A stretch of DNA of 64,000 bases, taken from positions 12,898,001 through 12,962,000 of the forward strand of contig NC_087263.1 in the NCBI RefSeq assembly GCF_037042905.1. The letters run 5' to 3'. The position numbers and the translations under genes were made by a program. The notes beneath the pieces are model-generated. The model had not been told where the DNA came from and made no database searches. It worked only from the letters and a program-made list of their open reading frames with translations. Positions 23,661 to 37,404 of the stretch are shown here, piece after piece. This DNA comes from Lytechinus pictus (lineage: Eukaryota). Positions within the stretch are counted from its first letter, which is position 1. The number at the start of each line of letters is the position of its first letter.

Positions 23661-24130
23661 CGAGCAGGGATTGTTTAAGTCTAGGTTAAAAATAGTCAAA
23701 TCCAAAAAAAAATCTACATTTCTAATGAGTACTTGGCAATTTTCCCATTCTTTAATGTTGGGGCAAACTATCATTTCGAGTGGGTAAGAAAACACTTTGC
23801 TCCACTGAAATCGCCAATATAAAGAAACACCTACGTCATGAACTTAGCACTTTCATGTATGTCCTAAAATATGTTTTTTGCAAATAATTTGATTTCCTCA
23901 CATTATACAGTTGGATAAAATGGATATTCCTTGAAAATTTTGCGCATGCTTACCCGATGTTATTAAAACATAGAATGGGATTTGCACATACGTCATGAAC
24001 TTAGCACTTTTATGTATGTCATAAATATTTTTTTTCAAATATAGAATGGGTTTTGCACAGTTCTTGGTTGTACAATCCAGCTAAGACGATTTTCAGATAT
24101 GCGAATGTGTTCGTCTGTTTGGCATACAAT

Positions 24131-24412
24131 AGAGAATTTTCGCATTTAATACGGAGCCGCTTTCTGCAACGCTCCAATTTCTTTTAAAATGCAATACAAG
24201 TCAAATCGCAAGGAAGAGCAGGGGAAGCTTTTGTCGATAGTTGCTGGACCAGGGCAGCAGCTTAGTCTCTTGACAATGACATATTTGCAATTGTTCGTCC
24301 GGTGCAAACCTTCGGATGATCTGCTGTCCTGCTCCATTTTGATTTGACTTGCATTTTCAAAGGAAGTGGTGCGTTGCAGAGAGCGGTTCCGTATTTAATG
24401 CGAAAACTCTCT
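24131..24412. mobile_element. Long-palindrome MITE flanked by AT (ISL2EU-like ends)
   Basis: AT|AGAGAATTTTCGCATTTAATACGGAGCCGC ... GCGGTTCCGTATTTAATGCGAAAACTCTCT|AT; ~75-bp imperfect arms. Confidence 0.75.
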
Positions 24413-24891
24413 ATTACTTACAAAGTTACAGCAAAAATAAACATAGTACATTCATGAGTTGTTCTTTCTCTTATTTTCTTTATTTTCTTCAAATTCAAAT
24501 TTTGTCTGAATGAAACATAATGTGTAGTGCCCATAAAATGTGTTCAAAGTAATATGCAATAATATGCAATGATATTCCCAATCTCAGTGTGTGGTATTCT
24601 GATTCTTAAACCCAAGTAACTTTAGTCTACACATCCATGGAATGCTAGTGTTAATGTTTCCTTTTTAAAGTATGTACAAAGAAATGTAAAAAAATCTATT
24701 CACCGAAATGTAGTACATAATCCTATTATTCATTTCTTCCACTTATGTGAAAAATTAATTACGGCCCTGTTTATACCGCTAGAATAAAATAATTCATTGT
24801 TCATTAGATGACACTAATATCATTCATATCGGTATGGTCTATGATAAAATTAAGGTAAACTAAATCATTGAAATGAAAATACTACCAAAAT

Positions 24892-25401
24892 AGCCTGTAT
24901 TCTGAAATTTAGTTTTAACTTTAATGTAAGTCTGTGATGATATTATGGAAGTCCAAAATGTCTACATTTTGATTAAAATGTTTACATTGCATTCCATGTT
25001 TTTGTTTTGATTACTGTGGTATTATCCCATTTTTCATGTAATGGTGAATACAACTGCCTCCTATGTAATTCATTGACTATAAGAATGATTTAGAAGTCAA
25101 ATGAGTTGATAAACTGAACCTACAGTACGAATTTTGTATCACTGTGTCAATTGGCTATCCATAGTTAAACCACAACTTTAGACCAGGGACCGTTTCATAA
25201 TTTTTTTCGTAAGTTAAGAGCGACTTTAAGAACGACTGGTGATCCTTTCTCTTGGTAAATGATATTTACCATTAAATGTTCATTGGTGATTATTTAGCGC
25301 GTAAGAAAGGATCACCAGTCGTTCTTAAAGTCGCTCTTAACTTACTAACAGCTTTATGAAACACCCATCAGAGTTTTGACTCCGAGTTCAGAATACAGGC
25401 C
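24892..25401. mobile_element. Harbinger-type MITE (14616 family) with a nested MITE at 25187-25368
   Basis: Ends AGCCTGTATTCTGAA ... TTCAGAATACAGGCC. The nested element is flanked by a CAG duplication. Confidence 0.8.
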
Positions 25402-26789
25402 AACTGGTATAAAAGGTATATACAGGCGTATCACATGACTAAAAGGTGTTACAACCGACATGGAAATACATACAGCAATACTCTACAAAATCATCTTTGC
25501 TACACACAATGTACTATAACCTACGTTAGCTATATAGTGAATTAAAGGGGCAAGTTGCATTTATCGATATGTTTCGTAAATTATTTGTCAACAAGAAAGA
25601 CAAATGATTTTTCGATTTCAATTCAATAAATGGGGGTTCACGATAACCTCAATTCTTATTCTTCATGAGTTCGCTATCCTACATAAATATCGCATGTATG
25701 CACACACACCCTCACAAGCACACCCTACCTCACCCTCCCTCACCCACATACATACCCATGCGCACAACAAAATCCACATACCCATTATCAACATGCACCA
25801 AACCGTTTTGATATCACCCTCATACACACTAAACATGCTAAACAACACTACACTTGCGATTATACTTTTTAAATAACTATATTGGATACGTTGTCCACAA
25901 AATAAACTTATATAAACAAGAAATGCATTATGTTCATCGGACAGGGAATTGTCTTTGCTTTCAACTAGTATAAAGTGTTTGCTCAAACTTTCCAGATTCT
26001 AGAAAAAGCAACAATTTGTGACACACTGAAAAACAAATAATTACACCGTGTTCTACGCCATATCAGTAGAAAGAACTGCTATCTAATTTCTTGAATGTTC
26101 AGATATTTATCTAAATTTTGCCTGTTTTCATTTCAATAGACATTTCAAAAAATCTATCTCGGAGGCAATTCAATGTTACAGGGTATTTTTACAAATGCAT
26201 ATGAAAAGAGATGATTTACCTTTTAAATATAAAAGTAAATGAATGAATATACAAATATTGTCACTGAACTATTCTATTAACTGGCCTGACTTATCAAGAA
26301 ATTAGGCAAAGGAAATGAATTGTGCAAAAATATACAACGAGTGCCAGAAAAAAGGAACCGAGAAGTATTTATACCTAATCATAACTTAATCATAAATGTT
26401 ATTGACAAATGGTATATAGCCTTTAAACCTAAAGTCTCTTCCTTTATCTGATGTAAATCATATGATACATACTCCACGCATGAGTGAGTAAAATAATTTG
26501 AAGAAATGACACCAAAAATATTTTCTCGATTAAAACATCAAATATCTAATAAATTCAACATCTGCTCTCTAAGTTAATACCTCAATTAGAGAATGACCAA
26601 AAAATAAAAATTTCATGCTTATTTTGAACATGACAAGCTTAATAATAGTACATCTCCAAAATGTGTTTTGTACACAAAATGTATGTTAATATTCATTAAA
26701 TTCAAAAGACATATACATTCAAAATTGAATTAAAGTAATCAATTGTTTAAATGTAGTCTAAAATTAATTTCTCGAAGTGATGAATTACA

Positions 26790-27620
26790 AATGATAATAA
26801 TAATAATAATGCTCAATTATTGTATAGCGCATCACACATAGCATAGCATGTCCCTATGCGCTTAAAGAAGAAATGGTGTAAGGTAAAAATAAAGTAATCA
26901 AGATATTTATATTGGACCATTAGTTCAAAGTTGGTATTTTATGCATTGAATAGATATGTTTTAAGGGATCTCCTGAACCTACATAAATCACTTTGATGTC
27001 TCATTGAATTAGGTGAAGCATTCCAGAGGACAGCAGAGGCATGAGTAAAAGCACGCTCACCATATGACTTTGTAAAGACAGAGGGAACAATGAATAATGC
27101 TTTTGAGCTTGATCTAAGATTTCGGGATGGCTGGTAATATGATACTAAATCGAGTAAATAGGACGGGGCAATTTTATAAAAACAGTTGTGTGCAAAAACT
27201 AGATGCTTGAATACAATCCGGGAACGGATAGGGAGCCAATGTAATTCTCTGAGAACTGGGGTAATTGCTTCATACTTGCGGGTTCATGTTACTAATCTCG
27301 CAGCTGAATTTTGAATGGTTTGCAGTTTTTTAATTTGTTTAAGAGGTAATCCTGAAAGGAGACTATTGCAGAAATCAATGTAACATAAAATAAAAGCATG
27401 TACCAATTTTTCAGTGGTGGGTTTGTCCAAGAATTCACGAAGTTTACCAATTTTGTATAAGGCATATATATGATGCAGAGCGACATTTTTGGGACATAAA
27501 TTCATCGAATGTCAATTTATCATCAAATATAACTCCTAGATTTCTACAAGAAGTACTTGCGCGTATGGCCATTCCATCAAGTTTTAATGTCTGGATTGAT
27601 TCTGTTTCTCGAAAACGTGA
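26790..27620 (-). mobile_element. L2/Crack-clade LINE, 5'-truncated 3' end
   Basis: KLVHAFILCYIDFCNSLLSGLP..IKKLQTIQNSAARLVT followed by LHWLP.RSRIVFK. 3' stem-loop GCGCATAGG...GCGCTATACA and (TAT)n tail at ~26790-26810. Confidence 0.85.
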
Positions 27621-27899
27621 GGAAATGTGTAAAAAAAACTACTTTAACATTAAAAAAAAAAGAATGGACTATTATCATTATAACTTGTTTTGCACAGAAT
27701 GATTATGCAATGTCAAATCGAAGTGATTGGCATCCTATAAGGATAAATGATTTTACGACAAAGAGAAACAAGAGTGATACTTGTTTTATCGCATTATTCC
27801 TTTGTACTCATATATCATTATAGCCAGCATAATTATATAATTCATTAGTTTGTGGAAGCAAAATATTAGAAACCATTTTGGTTGATCGACCATTAAATA

Positions 27900-28131
27900 C
27901 AGTGGTGCTCAAAAGGTAATGACCCCCCCCAAAAAAAAATCATATTTAGAAGTGTTCAAGTTCCGCCATGTTTTAGATATTTAATTGTGAAGTCAGGTGA
28001 AAAGAATATTACATTCGATGGAGTATTTACCTCTGGGCTTGCCAAACATTGTAGTGTTGTTGTCTACGTGCAACACTCATCGTGAAAGTGTGCATTTTGT
28101 GATGGGGTTCACTTACTTTTGAGCAAAACTG
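27900..28131. mobile_element. Tc1/mariner-type MITE
   Basis: TA|CAGTGGTGCTCAAAAGGTAATGACCCC ... GGGGTTCACTTACTTTTGAGCAAAACTG|TA. Confidence 0.8.
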
Positions 28132-29574
28132 TAACTCTGTCAGGGACATCGCTAACACATCTTGATAGGGGTGGGGTGCGAGGGACTTCGACAGGTAAGC
28201 TCCATGGTGGTGGTCATTTTCACACCCCCCACGCCCACGTCCCACTCGCGCGTACGTAAGATATTCAACTTCAATGTCTCAATAGAATCGTTTTCGTTGT
28301 AATACCTTGTTTTGAAGAACCTGCTATCATAAAATTATGTCTTTATGCTCGCAAGGGAGCAAAGCAAGCTATTATAGTGACTTAATCTAAGGTCTACCGA
28401 TATGTTTTTTTTGGGGGGGAACCCCCAATTCTGCAGACTAAGATGAAATGAATGAAAATGGGTATAAAGAAAAAGCGTCTTGAAAATTTCTCACATGGTC
28501 AAATTTAATCTCAAACATTATGTCAAAATATTTGACAAGTACCTTTACTTGTAGAAAATACCTCATTTACCAGGTTCCTTGGGAGATCTTATTAATCAGA
28601 CAAAAGTCATGACCTTTCTAAATCGTACTGTCTATTTCATAACATGAAACTCATTAACTGTTAAAGACAAAGCTATTTCATTATCCGATGTGGTGTAGTA
28701 TAATTGTGATTCCGCTCTCATGACAACAAAGCTTTTTAGGAGTAAGAGGAACAAGGTTAGGTTACGACGTAGTCTTGCTTCTCCGTCGCCCCAGCAGCGA
28801 AACAGATCATTACTTGTTAGTTTTTTTTATATATCAAATTACAAAACGGGTTTAAGGATGTAGCCAATAGTGAGTGCGAATGCAGGTCACGTGTTCATGT
28901 ATTATTTCTACGCAGCCTTCTAGCCATGCATTTTTCGTGCAGCACTGTGCATTTTTTGGTGTATCTTTTTACCCATAGCGCATGAAAGTAAACTGAGACA
29001 ACATCTGAAATACGCGTCCCTTCAATGGAAATGCTATATGAAATATTTTGAATATGGCGGCGCTTACCTAGGCGTGCGTACTTAATACGCCTGTGTATCC
29101 TAACAGCAAACGGGTGTGACCTTTTCATCTGTACAATCCGCGAAAATTTGGAAGGATTCGAACAACCTTTCCGGTACAAATTCATACTACCGACCCGTTT
29201 TGTAAAACAAATAATGCACAGTTTTAAATTCGTGATAGTGGCAATGCAGGTAAATCGCGTATTCGCAGATACATGCAAATCATTCGACACCATTTCCTCG
29301 TCCTTGTCGTATATTGCAAAAATACTGCAAATTTTTATTTTTAACATCCATTAGTCCTAAGAAAGATAAAGCCATCGGGAAAAAAAGAAACAAGTACGTA
29401 AAATCTACATTTCCATAGAAACTGGAGTAATAAAAAATTTAATTTAATTTTCTTTAAGAGTAGCCACAATATAAAATTGTCCTTTCCTCGAGATCCAAAT
29501 CCAAATGAAAAGAATAATAAATATCCAAAAATGTAAGTGAAAAAAATTGGGAACTGAGATGACAAGATTGCTCA

Positions 29575-29680
29575 TCAGCGCACTTCGTGTTCTCCCGGGG
29601 CGAGCTCGATTTTACACGAACAGCAATTAGGGACGGCGATATAATCCCACTCATACTCTCCAAAGGGGTCCGATTTTAAT
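29575..29680 (-). CDS. Gene B last exon: C-terminal part of cystine knot
   Basis: Acceptor tttttcactcttgttttcttccag, phase 2. (R)LKSDPFGEYEWDYIAVPNCCSCKIELAPGEHEVR* aligns with FGWTHIALATCCAC of gene A. Absent from the ORF track in this frame. Confidence 0.92.
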
Positions 29681-29979
29681 CTGGAAGAAAACAAGAGTGA
29701 AAAACAACAAATTAGCAAACTCCCAGTACATTTCGAAGCAAATGGTATATGCAGGGAATAACACTTCCCTGGTATATGTATACAATTTATAGAAACTGCG
29801 TAAGTAAAGATGCTCGTACGATCGAAACCATGGAATGAAATTTAGAATGACTGATGAAATAGAGTGAAATTGAATGGTTGCATTCACCGCATCAATGAAA
29901 CCCCATGTGAGATTAAGCCCCCTAGCTTATGCCAATCCTATTGTCAAACAATTTAAATTCCTTGTTCTGATTCATCAAT

Positions 29980-30134
29980 AGTCTAGATCTGGACGTTAGT
30001 ACTTAATATTTTGGAAAGCCCTACACCAACCCATTGTATGGTATACACATCAGTACACCAGTCCACCCACTAAGGACTATGAGTGAGTGTAGGGATTTTC
30101 CAAATAAATAACTACTAACGTCCAGATCTAGACT
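29980..30134. mobile_element. Small palindromic MITE in the last intron of gene B
   Basis: AGTCTAGATCTGGACGTTAGTA ... TACTAACGTCCAGATCTAGACT; 3-bp duplication AAT. Confidence 0.75.
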
Positions 30135-31327
30135 AATTCAGCAATTGCTTGAGATGGATGGCAGGAGAATCCGTGAAAAGGGCATGCAGACAAGTCAGTT
30201 CTTTTGTTTTGGGATGTAGCTTGCTCATTGACTTCTTCCATGTTGTTTTCGGTTGTAAATACGCCTTGGGCAAATATCATCTTTGAGAGTGTTTGTACCG
30301 CATTCTACATGGATATATTTATTTGGATTAATTCTGTCTTTCGAATTTTCTGAAGCCCCGATGGTCACCGAACGGAGTTGAGGGCGAAATCTAGGACGCC
30401 CCCCTCGGGTACCTCGACGGCGTTTGACTGATTATCCTCGCTGCATCAATGACGGATTGTATGGTCACACTATTCTAGATTCATTATTGATTGCATCATT
30501 TGGTGAGTGGTTATGGAAAATAACGGGCGTTAAAATGACGTCATGTCACTTATATGTTGTAGCGACATGGTTACAGTCACAGTGTAGGGTGAGCGGTCGT
30601 GCCACCCTGACGCATGTTCAGCGTGTCTCACTTTTAGAATAGCCAAATGGCGGCCACCAGTTTAATTATGAAAGAAAAATGCATCACTGCTCATAAAGCC
30701 AAAATACCAATCGGCGACCACAAGGGTCAGGAGTCGGGCGAGCCGGTGATTTCCAAATTATATTGTTTGTAAGGAGAAAGTGAAAAAGAGGGGGAAAAAA
30801 CCAGAGGGAATAAAGAAAAGTATAAAACAGATACATCTTGTTCGTCTAACTGTATAACACCATCATCATTTAATTGATTTCACCTTCAGGTGCCCCTTCC
30901 CAAGGATATCCCACAGTCGCCCTGATATAGTGATAGAATATAACGTAATTGCCTAACATTGCATAGATAGGTTTTATTTATGTGATATGATATTAGTGAT
31001 AAACGTTTACAAAAAGTAAAAAGTTTATTTTAAAAAAAGGGGGACTACTCAATACATCTTCTTGATTTTCATATACATAATCTTGGATTAAAACGTCCTT
31101 GACATAACATGTATTGTGCAAAAAGATAGGTATGACACATGTTTTGAATAAAGGCATAGTAAAAACTCAGGTGCTGATTATTGGTGTACACAGCAAACCA
31201 CACCAGTGTGGTTTTTCAAGCTTGATGAAATTTCAGCATTAATTTTTTTTTTTTTTATCCAAATATCTTATGTTGCGGGGACTGAATTCCCCTTTCAACA
31301 GAGCTTATGGATCACTTTCTGACTTAC

Positions 31328-31572
31328 CTTGAATAGGCGAGGACCCAAGCCATAGTCTCGACGCACGATCCATCGGCGATTTCATTACTCCGAGCTACCC
31401 CGAAGCACTCCGTGTACCCGTCCGGAGCAGGGTCTACTTGTCTGACGCATCGGGTCACCCAGAACCACTGGCCCTCGTAGACGTCTACCTCTTCGGAGTG
31501 AAAGTTCATTCCCTGACTGAGTTTTTCCCATCTACTTATTTCCTCGCATGATCTCTTTGTGAAGATTGATTG
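31328..31572 (-). CDS. Gene B exon 4: N-terminal two-thirds of mature NGF-like domain
   Basis: Acceptor ctccccttattttgcccctcag, phase 0; donor AG|gtaagt, phase 2. QSIFTKRSCEEISRWEKLSQGMNFHSEEVDVYEGQWFWVTRCVRQVDPAPDGYTECFGVARSNEIADGSCVETMAWVLAYS. Confidence 0.92.
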
Positions 31573-32863
31573 CTGAGGGGCAAAATAAGGGGAGAGAGTT
31601 TGAGTTGAGTGGCATGGGGCAAGTTGCACAAAAGGACGCGTTCGATGAAACGCGTCTAAAAAAAATCAAATGTAACTTGACTTTTAACCAATGAAATGCT
31701 GGTATCAGGGACTTTGCACTGATTTTTTTTTTACTTGAGTTGCAATGGGGCAACTAATGAAGAGCAAGAAGATCAAAGAATGCAGGAGGGTGGTTTAAAA
31801 GTAGAGAATAAATGAAGTATGTGGAAATATTGCGTGAATGGAAAGTGAATATGAGCATTCGACAGAGCGAACTTGAAATAGGTTTTTTTTTTAATGTCAA
31901 GTGGTCAAAATATTTATAGAAGTATAATAAGAGAAATATTGGTTTAAAGTAGAATTCTTTTAAAGATATTTTATTATTAAGATACAGAGGTTATGGTGTG
32001 AGATTTAGAGTGATCTAAATAAAATGTGATAATGATTACGAAGATAGTGCGGAAGGGTGGACTTAAAGTACAACGTTAAGTAAATTGTGGGGAAACATAG
32101 ATAAACAAGTATTTAAAAGAGTGGTTTTTAAAGTAGAAAGAAACCGACATATGATATACTGGTTTATGAATGAGAGTGCAGTTATACTTGATAGAATAAG
32201 CCATTCTGTTTATGATTAGAAGGTCATTTGAACCCAAATGCACCGATAAAAATAAAATCAGAAGATTTTACAGAAGAAAAAATAAACAGATTTTTACAGA
32301 AAAAATACCCAAATCATTTTCTAAATTGTTATAACAGGAACGATTTTTAACAGTTTTTCTACAATTTTACAGAACAGGTCTGTTTTTAAAAAGGGCAAAC
32401 AATTTTATTACAATAAATTTGTATGGTTACAAACACCAAACACAAATTTTCTGTAATTTTACACAAATGCATGTAAGATTACACAGTGCAGTAAGATTAC
32501 AGGTGTTCTCGAGACTCTGCTGAAGGAATTTTTGTTTTGTTTTTTTAAGTCGAAATTTTCAAACAGTGTGGCATGATGGTTTAACATTCATTGAGATAAG
32601 GACCAACTTTGATATCTTGATTATTCATAATTATTCTTTTGAATTGGGATTTTCATTCGATCTACTGGAAGAGACAATGCGTCCACTAGCGACTGGCATT
32701 TAACACTCATGCTCACGCCGTATTAAGTAGAATGTTATCAAATAACTTCATAGTTACTGTTCATTGATGTGCTATTCTAGTCACCTGGGCCGTCTCATAA
32801 AACAAATTTGCAATAGCAGTTTAAATTTACTGAAATCATTCAATATGATTGGCTGATAATATA

Positions 32864-33842
32864 CAGTGCGTATCAAAAAAAGTTTACACTTAGAAAAACC
32901 CTGGGAATAAAAAAATATACAACATGCGGGTATTTTTTCACATATAATCTTGCGTTTGGGTCTCATCTATCTAATGAAAGTAAAAGTTTTGACAGAATGT
33001 TATACTTGAGTGAGCACTGTCCATTTTTGCAAAGCTCGCAGAGATCTGTTTGCTAAGAAATGCTTGTTTTCACGCTGTGTAAAGGGGAAAGGGCGAAATC
33101 AAACTTACCCTGCGAAACATTTCTCATCTATTTCCCTTGCACTTTTAGTCAGTTGAAATAAAACGGATACATACAAGCATTTTGTAACAATCCCCCCCCC
33201 CAAAAAAAAAATGAAATTTCAACACTTAGTTAGCACAACCTTTACCCTTTTTGGTGCCAGCTGGATCTGAGGACATAACTGAATCTGAACAAAAGTTTAT
33301 ATTAGACATCTCCAGCATTTTTTCACTAAGTTTGTATCATTTCCTTTTTATTTTTCATTTAATACTTGTTTCTCCACACTTTTCCCAAGCTTGACAATGA
33401 CTAACAAAATGAACATTATGCCTAAGCCATTTCATGTAAATCACAGCTCAGTGTAAAGCAAATATCGTCACGATGGCCTCGGTGTGTGGGGGAGTGGGTG
33501 GGGCGCAATGCACTGTTCGAAGTGTTTTGGGCAAGGAAACAACTTAAAACAGGTACAAGATATCATCAAATCAATCTACTAGCTAAATTGCACGTGTTCG
33601 TCATGATTAAGGTCTACTTTTATTCGCATAACAATTTCAAAGTCCTGCGCTAATCATTTTTCACTAAGTTTTCAAAATTAAGTGATGCTCACTCAAGCGG
33701 AAATATTTTTCGACAGTTATATCGTCATTTGCTTAAATGGATCTGTACCAATGTTAAAATGTGGAAAAATCTTCAGGATATTACAAATATATAATTTTAC
33801 AGGATTTTTTCTAAGTGTAAACTTTTTTTTATATACGAACTG
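32864..33842. mobile_element. 979-bp Tc1/mariner-type non-autonomous element
   Basis: TA|CAGTGCGTATCAAAAAAAGTTTACACTTAGAAAAA ... TTTTTCTAAGTGTAAACTTTTTTTTATATACGAACTG|TA. Confidence 0.85.
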
Positions 33843-34238
33843 TATAATGCATTTGTTATAACAATTCTTTATGACGTTGGGTCCAGGCCTATGCAATTTC
33901 TGCATCATGCTATGTCAGACATGCTTGTATACTATCTTGCTTTTAAATTTGCTTATTGTAATAAAATAAAGGAAAGGTCCATTCTACAAAATTGCCCCAG
34001 GAAGTTGCCCAACTACGAACTGATCCGCTACCACACACATCCACTCCCACACTCAATTCTTAAGCAATGTCCCCCCTCCCCACTTCCAAAGGCTATTCTG
34101 CGGACTTCTTTTAAAAAATGGTTATGCCTTTTTCACGCACGTGAGAGAGCCGAATAAAGAATTATGCGTTTGCGAGTGTGGGTGTGTGTGCCGGTTAAGA
34201 AGGGGGGGGTTATATTTATTTGTGTGTTAGTGGGTGTA

Positions 34239-34420
34239 CACACTTAAAATGTTGGGCAACATTCTGTCCACTGTTGGGTAATGTGTGTAGGTAAAAATAA
34301 TATATATTTTGGGCAATTATCATCCAATTGAGCAAACTTATTACCCAACTATTAGTTCCTAATACCCAATTTGGAAAGATTTTAACCAATAGTTGTGTGG
34401 ACATTATGTTGCCTAGGGTT
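34239..34420 (+). mobile_element. Truncated CAC-ended MITE (inverted relative at ~61870-62084)
   Basis: CACACTTAAAATGTTGGGCAACATTCTGTCCACTGTTGGGTAATGTGT matches the reverse complement of 62035-62084. Confidence 0.65.
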
Positions 34421-37404
34421 GGTTATTTTAAGCAAATCACTACTGATAGCTGATATTGATGTGTTAGAGAATGCTGTGAGTGCATTCGCAACTGTGGGTG
34501 TGTGCGAGTGTAATCCGAGGCATGATTATTGGCTCTGAGTTTGGGTGGGCCGATGGAGGTGTGTGTGTAAGTGTGGGAGGTTGTTATATGTCTGACGGGA
34601 GATGGGTAAGTGCGTTCCACATGTGTTCTATGGCGTCTGGTGAGGGTGTGGGATGCTGACGGGTGTGCGTGTCTGTGAATCAATGGAATACTTAACGTCT
34701 GTAAATCCAACGCTCAGCTCGCTATTGGTAATATTTTTTGCGGAAGATCAATTTGTGTGCGTGTGTGGGTGGATGCGCGCATGTGTTGAGTAGACATTGC
34801 TGAATGGTACCCCACGTGTCATGGTGCATTTAGGTCTTTTATTAATATTATATGCGATATTCCTAGCTAGCTGCTTTAGATGTTTGTGGGGAAAAATATG
34901 TGAGGCTACACGCACACATACGCATACCGCCATCTGTGTGATCTAGTGAAAACTTGTTAGCTATGGGTACTACACACTTAACTCGCTGTTGGGAAGTGAT
35001 CAGGATGTGTGTGGGTGTGTGTATGTGTGTGTGAAAACTAAATTGTGCGTGTAATGTAGGGATGGGTGTGAGTTGTGTGTGTGTGGGTGTATGAGTGTGG
35101 GCGGTTGTGCGCTTCTACATGATATATGTCTAAAAAGTGAAAGTCAAAAAAAAAAAAAATGCACAAACTTTATTGGTACATTTAAGTTTGTGCGTTGGTC
35201 CCTTTTCCGTACTCGCCCTAGAAAGGCCTTTTTATCTTTGTTGCTACACATTATTACAAATGAAAAAAAAACCGCTCAAGGCATTATTAATCATATTACA
35301 CGTGTTAGAACGTAGCACGAAATGACACGCTGTATATCAACTGAGCTCATGCACACCAGATATTAGTAATATGTCTAATTACTATATAAGTGATGTAAAA
35401 CCAACTCTCCTAACTAATGTGGTATTTGTTTTTGGAATAGTTAACCAGTTTAGGGAAATAATACAAGTCGGTATTGATTCGAATTTAGTTGATTCCCTAA
35501 TGTTTCATATTTTTATCATTTTATGTTGTAGGATTACAGCCTTCAAGCTGCATATTACTCAAACATGATAATCTGTTCCCTTTTCATGCATGCACGGGCT
35601 TGCTGCAGAAAATGTATGGACTAAGAAAGAAATTGATTGAATTTGATGAATATAAGGGTCCCTTGCATTTCGAATTCCCTGGAATGTATACGCAGCGCTT
35701 ATCTTCATTCGACTGAAAGAATGCCAAGTAATAGAATTAAAAAAAAGAATTAATCATGAATAATGAATAATGAAACAAGCGATTGCCACAACGGTCTCAA
35801 ATTTGGATAAAAGACATTGAATGTAATAAATTCAAGAGTTCACTTATTAACATTAGCGTGATATCCGAAGTGAATATCAAATCGGTTTTATATATCAATC
35901 ATCTTAACACATCATACCATCATCCGACATAAAGATTTATGATACTTAATAGCAAGTGATGCAACGGTCTCAAGTTCGAATCCCGAATTTAATAATCATG
36001 AATAATGTGTGTTTATTATGTCGTAACAGCGAAGTCAAGTTAAATTTATCATTTCCTGGGGGTCTCTGGGGAATTGGATACCCTTTTGAAGCCCGTCGTA
36101 ATATATTGGCTGGATGAGGACAGAATGATAAATGAGGTTGAACGAGTTAAGAATGGGATCTTGAGGGGAGAAAAAAAAACACTCGACCTGTTCTTGTAGT
36201 GTCAAACCCACCGGCTGACTTCCGAATTGCGATGCAGACTTTAAAACATTGTTGGGAATGAAGGACGTCAATGACTTATGAATCTATACTGATATTAATC
36301 GTTGTGAATCCAATAACGAAGTCTAAATTCAAATTAAATTGTTAATTTTAATTGGTGATCAGAGCCCGTAACACGAAGGTTAGCGATTAATCGCTAAATG
36401 AAATGGCCTATCAAAATCATCGATGCAAGCGCATTTATCTCTGTAGACTGAAAGTAGACTGAAAATTGTTCTTTCAAATTAGTGATTAGTCGCTTATGTT
36501 CGTGCAATCGGGCCCAGTCAAAGAAACCTGACAGAGACCGGAATGTGAAATGAGAGTGAAGGAGAGAGGGGGCGATATAGGATTGGGGCGTGCAACAAAA
36601 TGTGAGGGAGGGAAAAGGATAAAATGGGCAAAAGAAAAAGTATTTCTAAAGTACGGGAAGACAGAAATCTAACTTATCATTTTCATGTAACCCTACTCCT
36701 TTAAAAGAATTAACATAGTTTATATGTCTGAAGTAATCATTTGCAAAGTGCCTTTAATTCACAGTTAGAAATACGGAGGAATTGAAAAAAATCATAATTC
36801 AGTCGGTAAATGAAGCACCTGTTCTTTCATTTTCATATAGAGAGATTAATGACTCTTAAAAACTTACTAAAGTAAAACTACTCGACAAAGAGACGTTTTG
36901 TAAAAATGCATGTTTTCACTTAGAAGAATTTGGAACAATGACATGTATGTCTCACTTACTAAGGAACAGATAATAATTTTCATCAATATTATTCTACAAT
37001 GTCGTTATTTCTTAAAATGAAAATTGATGATAGTGACACGAATTGAAATTGGGGTTGCTTTTCAGCTCAGGGTAAGAACACGTGGAAACGGTGTCACTGG
37101 AACTTATATATATCCAAGATTAGCGAGTAATCAATCTAAACTGTCCCAGAAGAAAACGACAGCTTTACATAGGTTTATATTACGGCCATTGTATTTTTTT
37201 TCTTGTTTGAAGATTCGAAAGAAATCTCCTAAATTGTGCTAAAAGAGGAATGCATGGGCGGATTGCATGAATAGCAGAATAGTCATGAATACGGATGCAC
37301 GTTTTAAGGTAAGTATTCTTTATAAAGTATGATTCTGTTCCCAAAATGTCAACTTGAAAATCCATGTAATTATTGTCGAATGATAAAGCACTTATTGTAT
37401 ACAT

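Noticed and set aside
23833..24060. Local ~157-bp duplication (TACGTCATGAACTTAGCACTTT)
   Set aside because: Two-copy slippage-type duplication with no further structure.
28027..28245. Possible exon with a donor-like site at 28030
   Set aside because: Overlaps the Tc1-type MITE 27900-28131 and lies beyond the gene B stop.
28895..29347. 150-aa minus-strand ORF, the longest in the track
   Set aside because: Non-ATG start, no motif, and it lies just 3' of gene B (probable UTR or flank).
30300..30445. GC-rich patch as an alternative last exon of gene B
   Set aside because: Poor pyrimidine tract and no frame supplies the W..I...CxC end, which 29575-29680 does.
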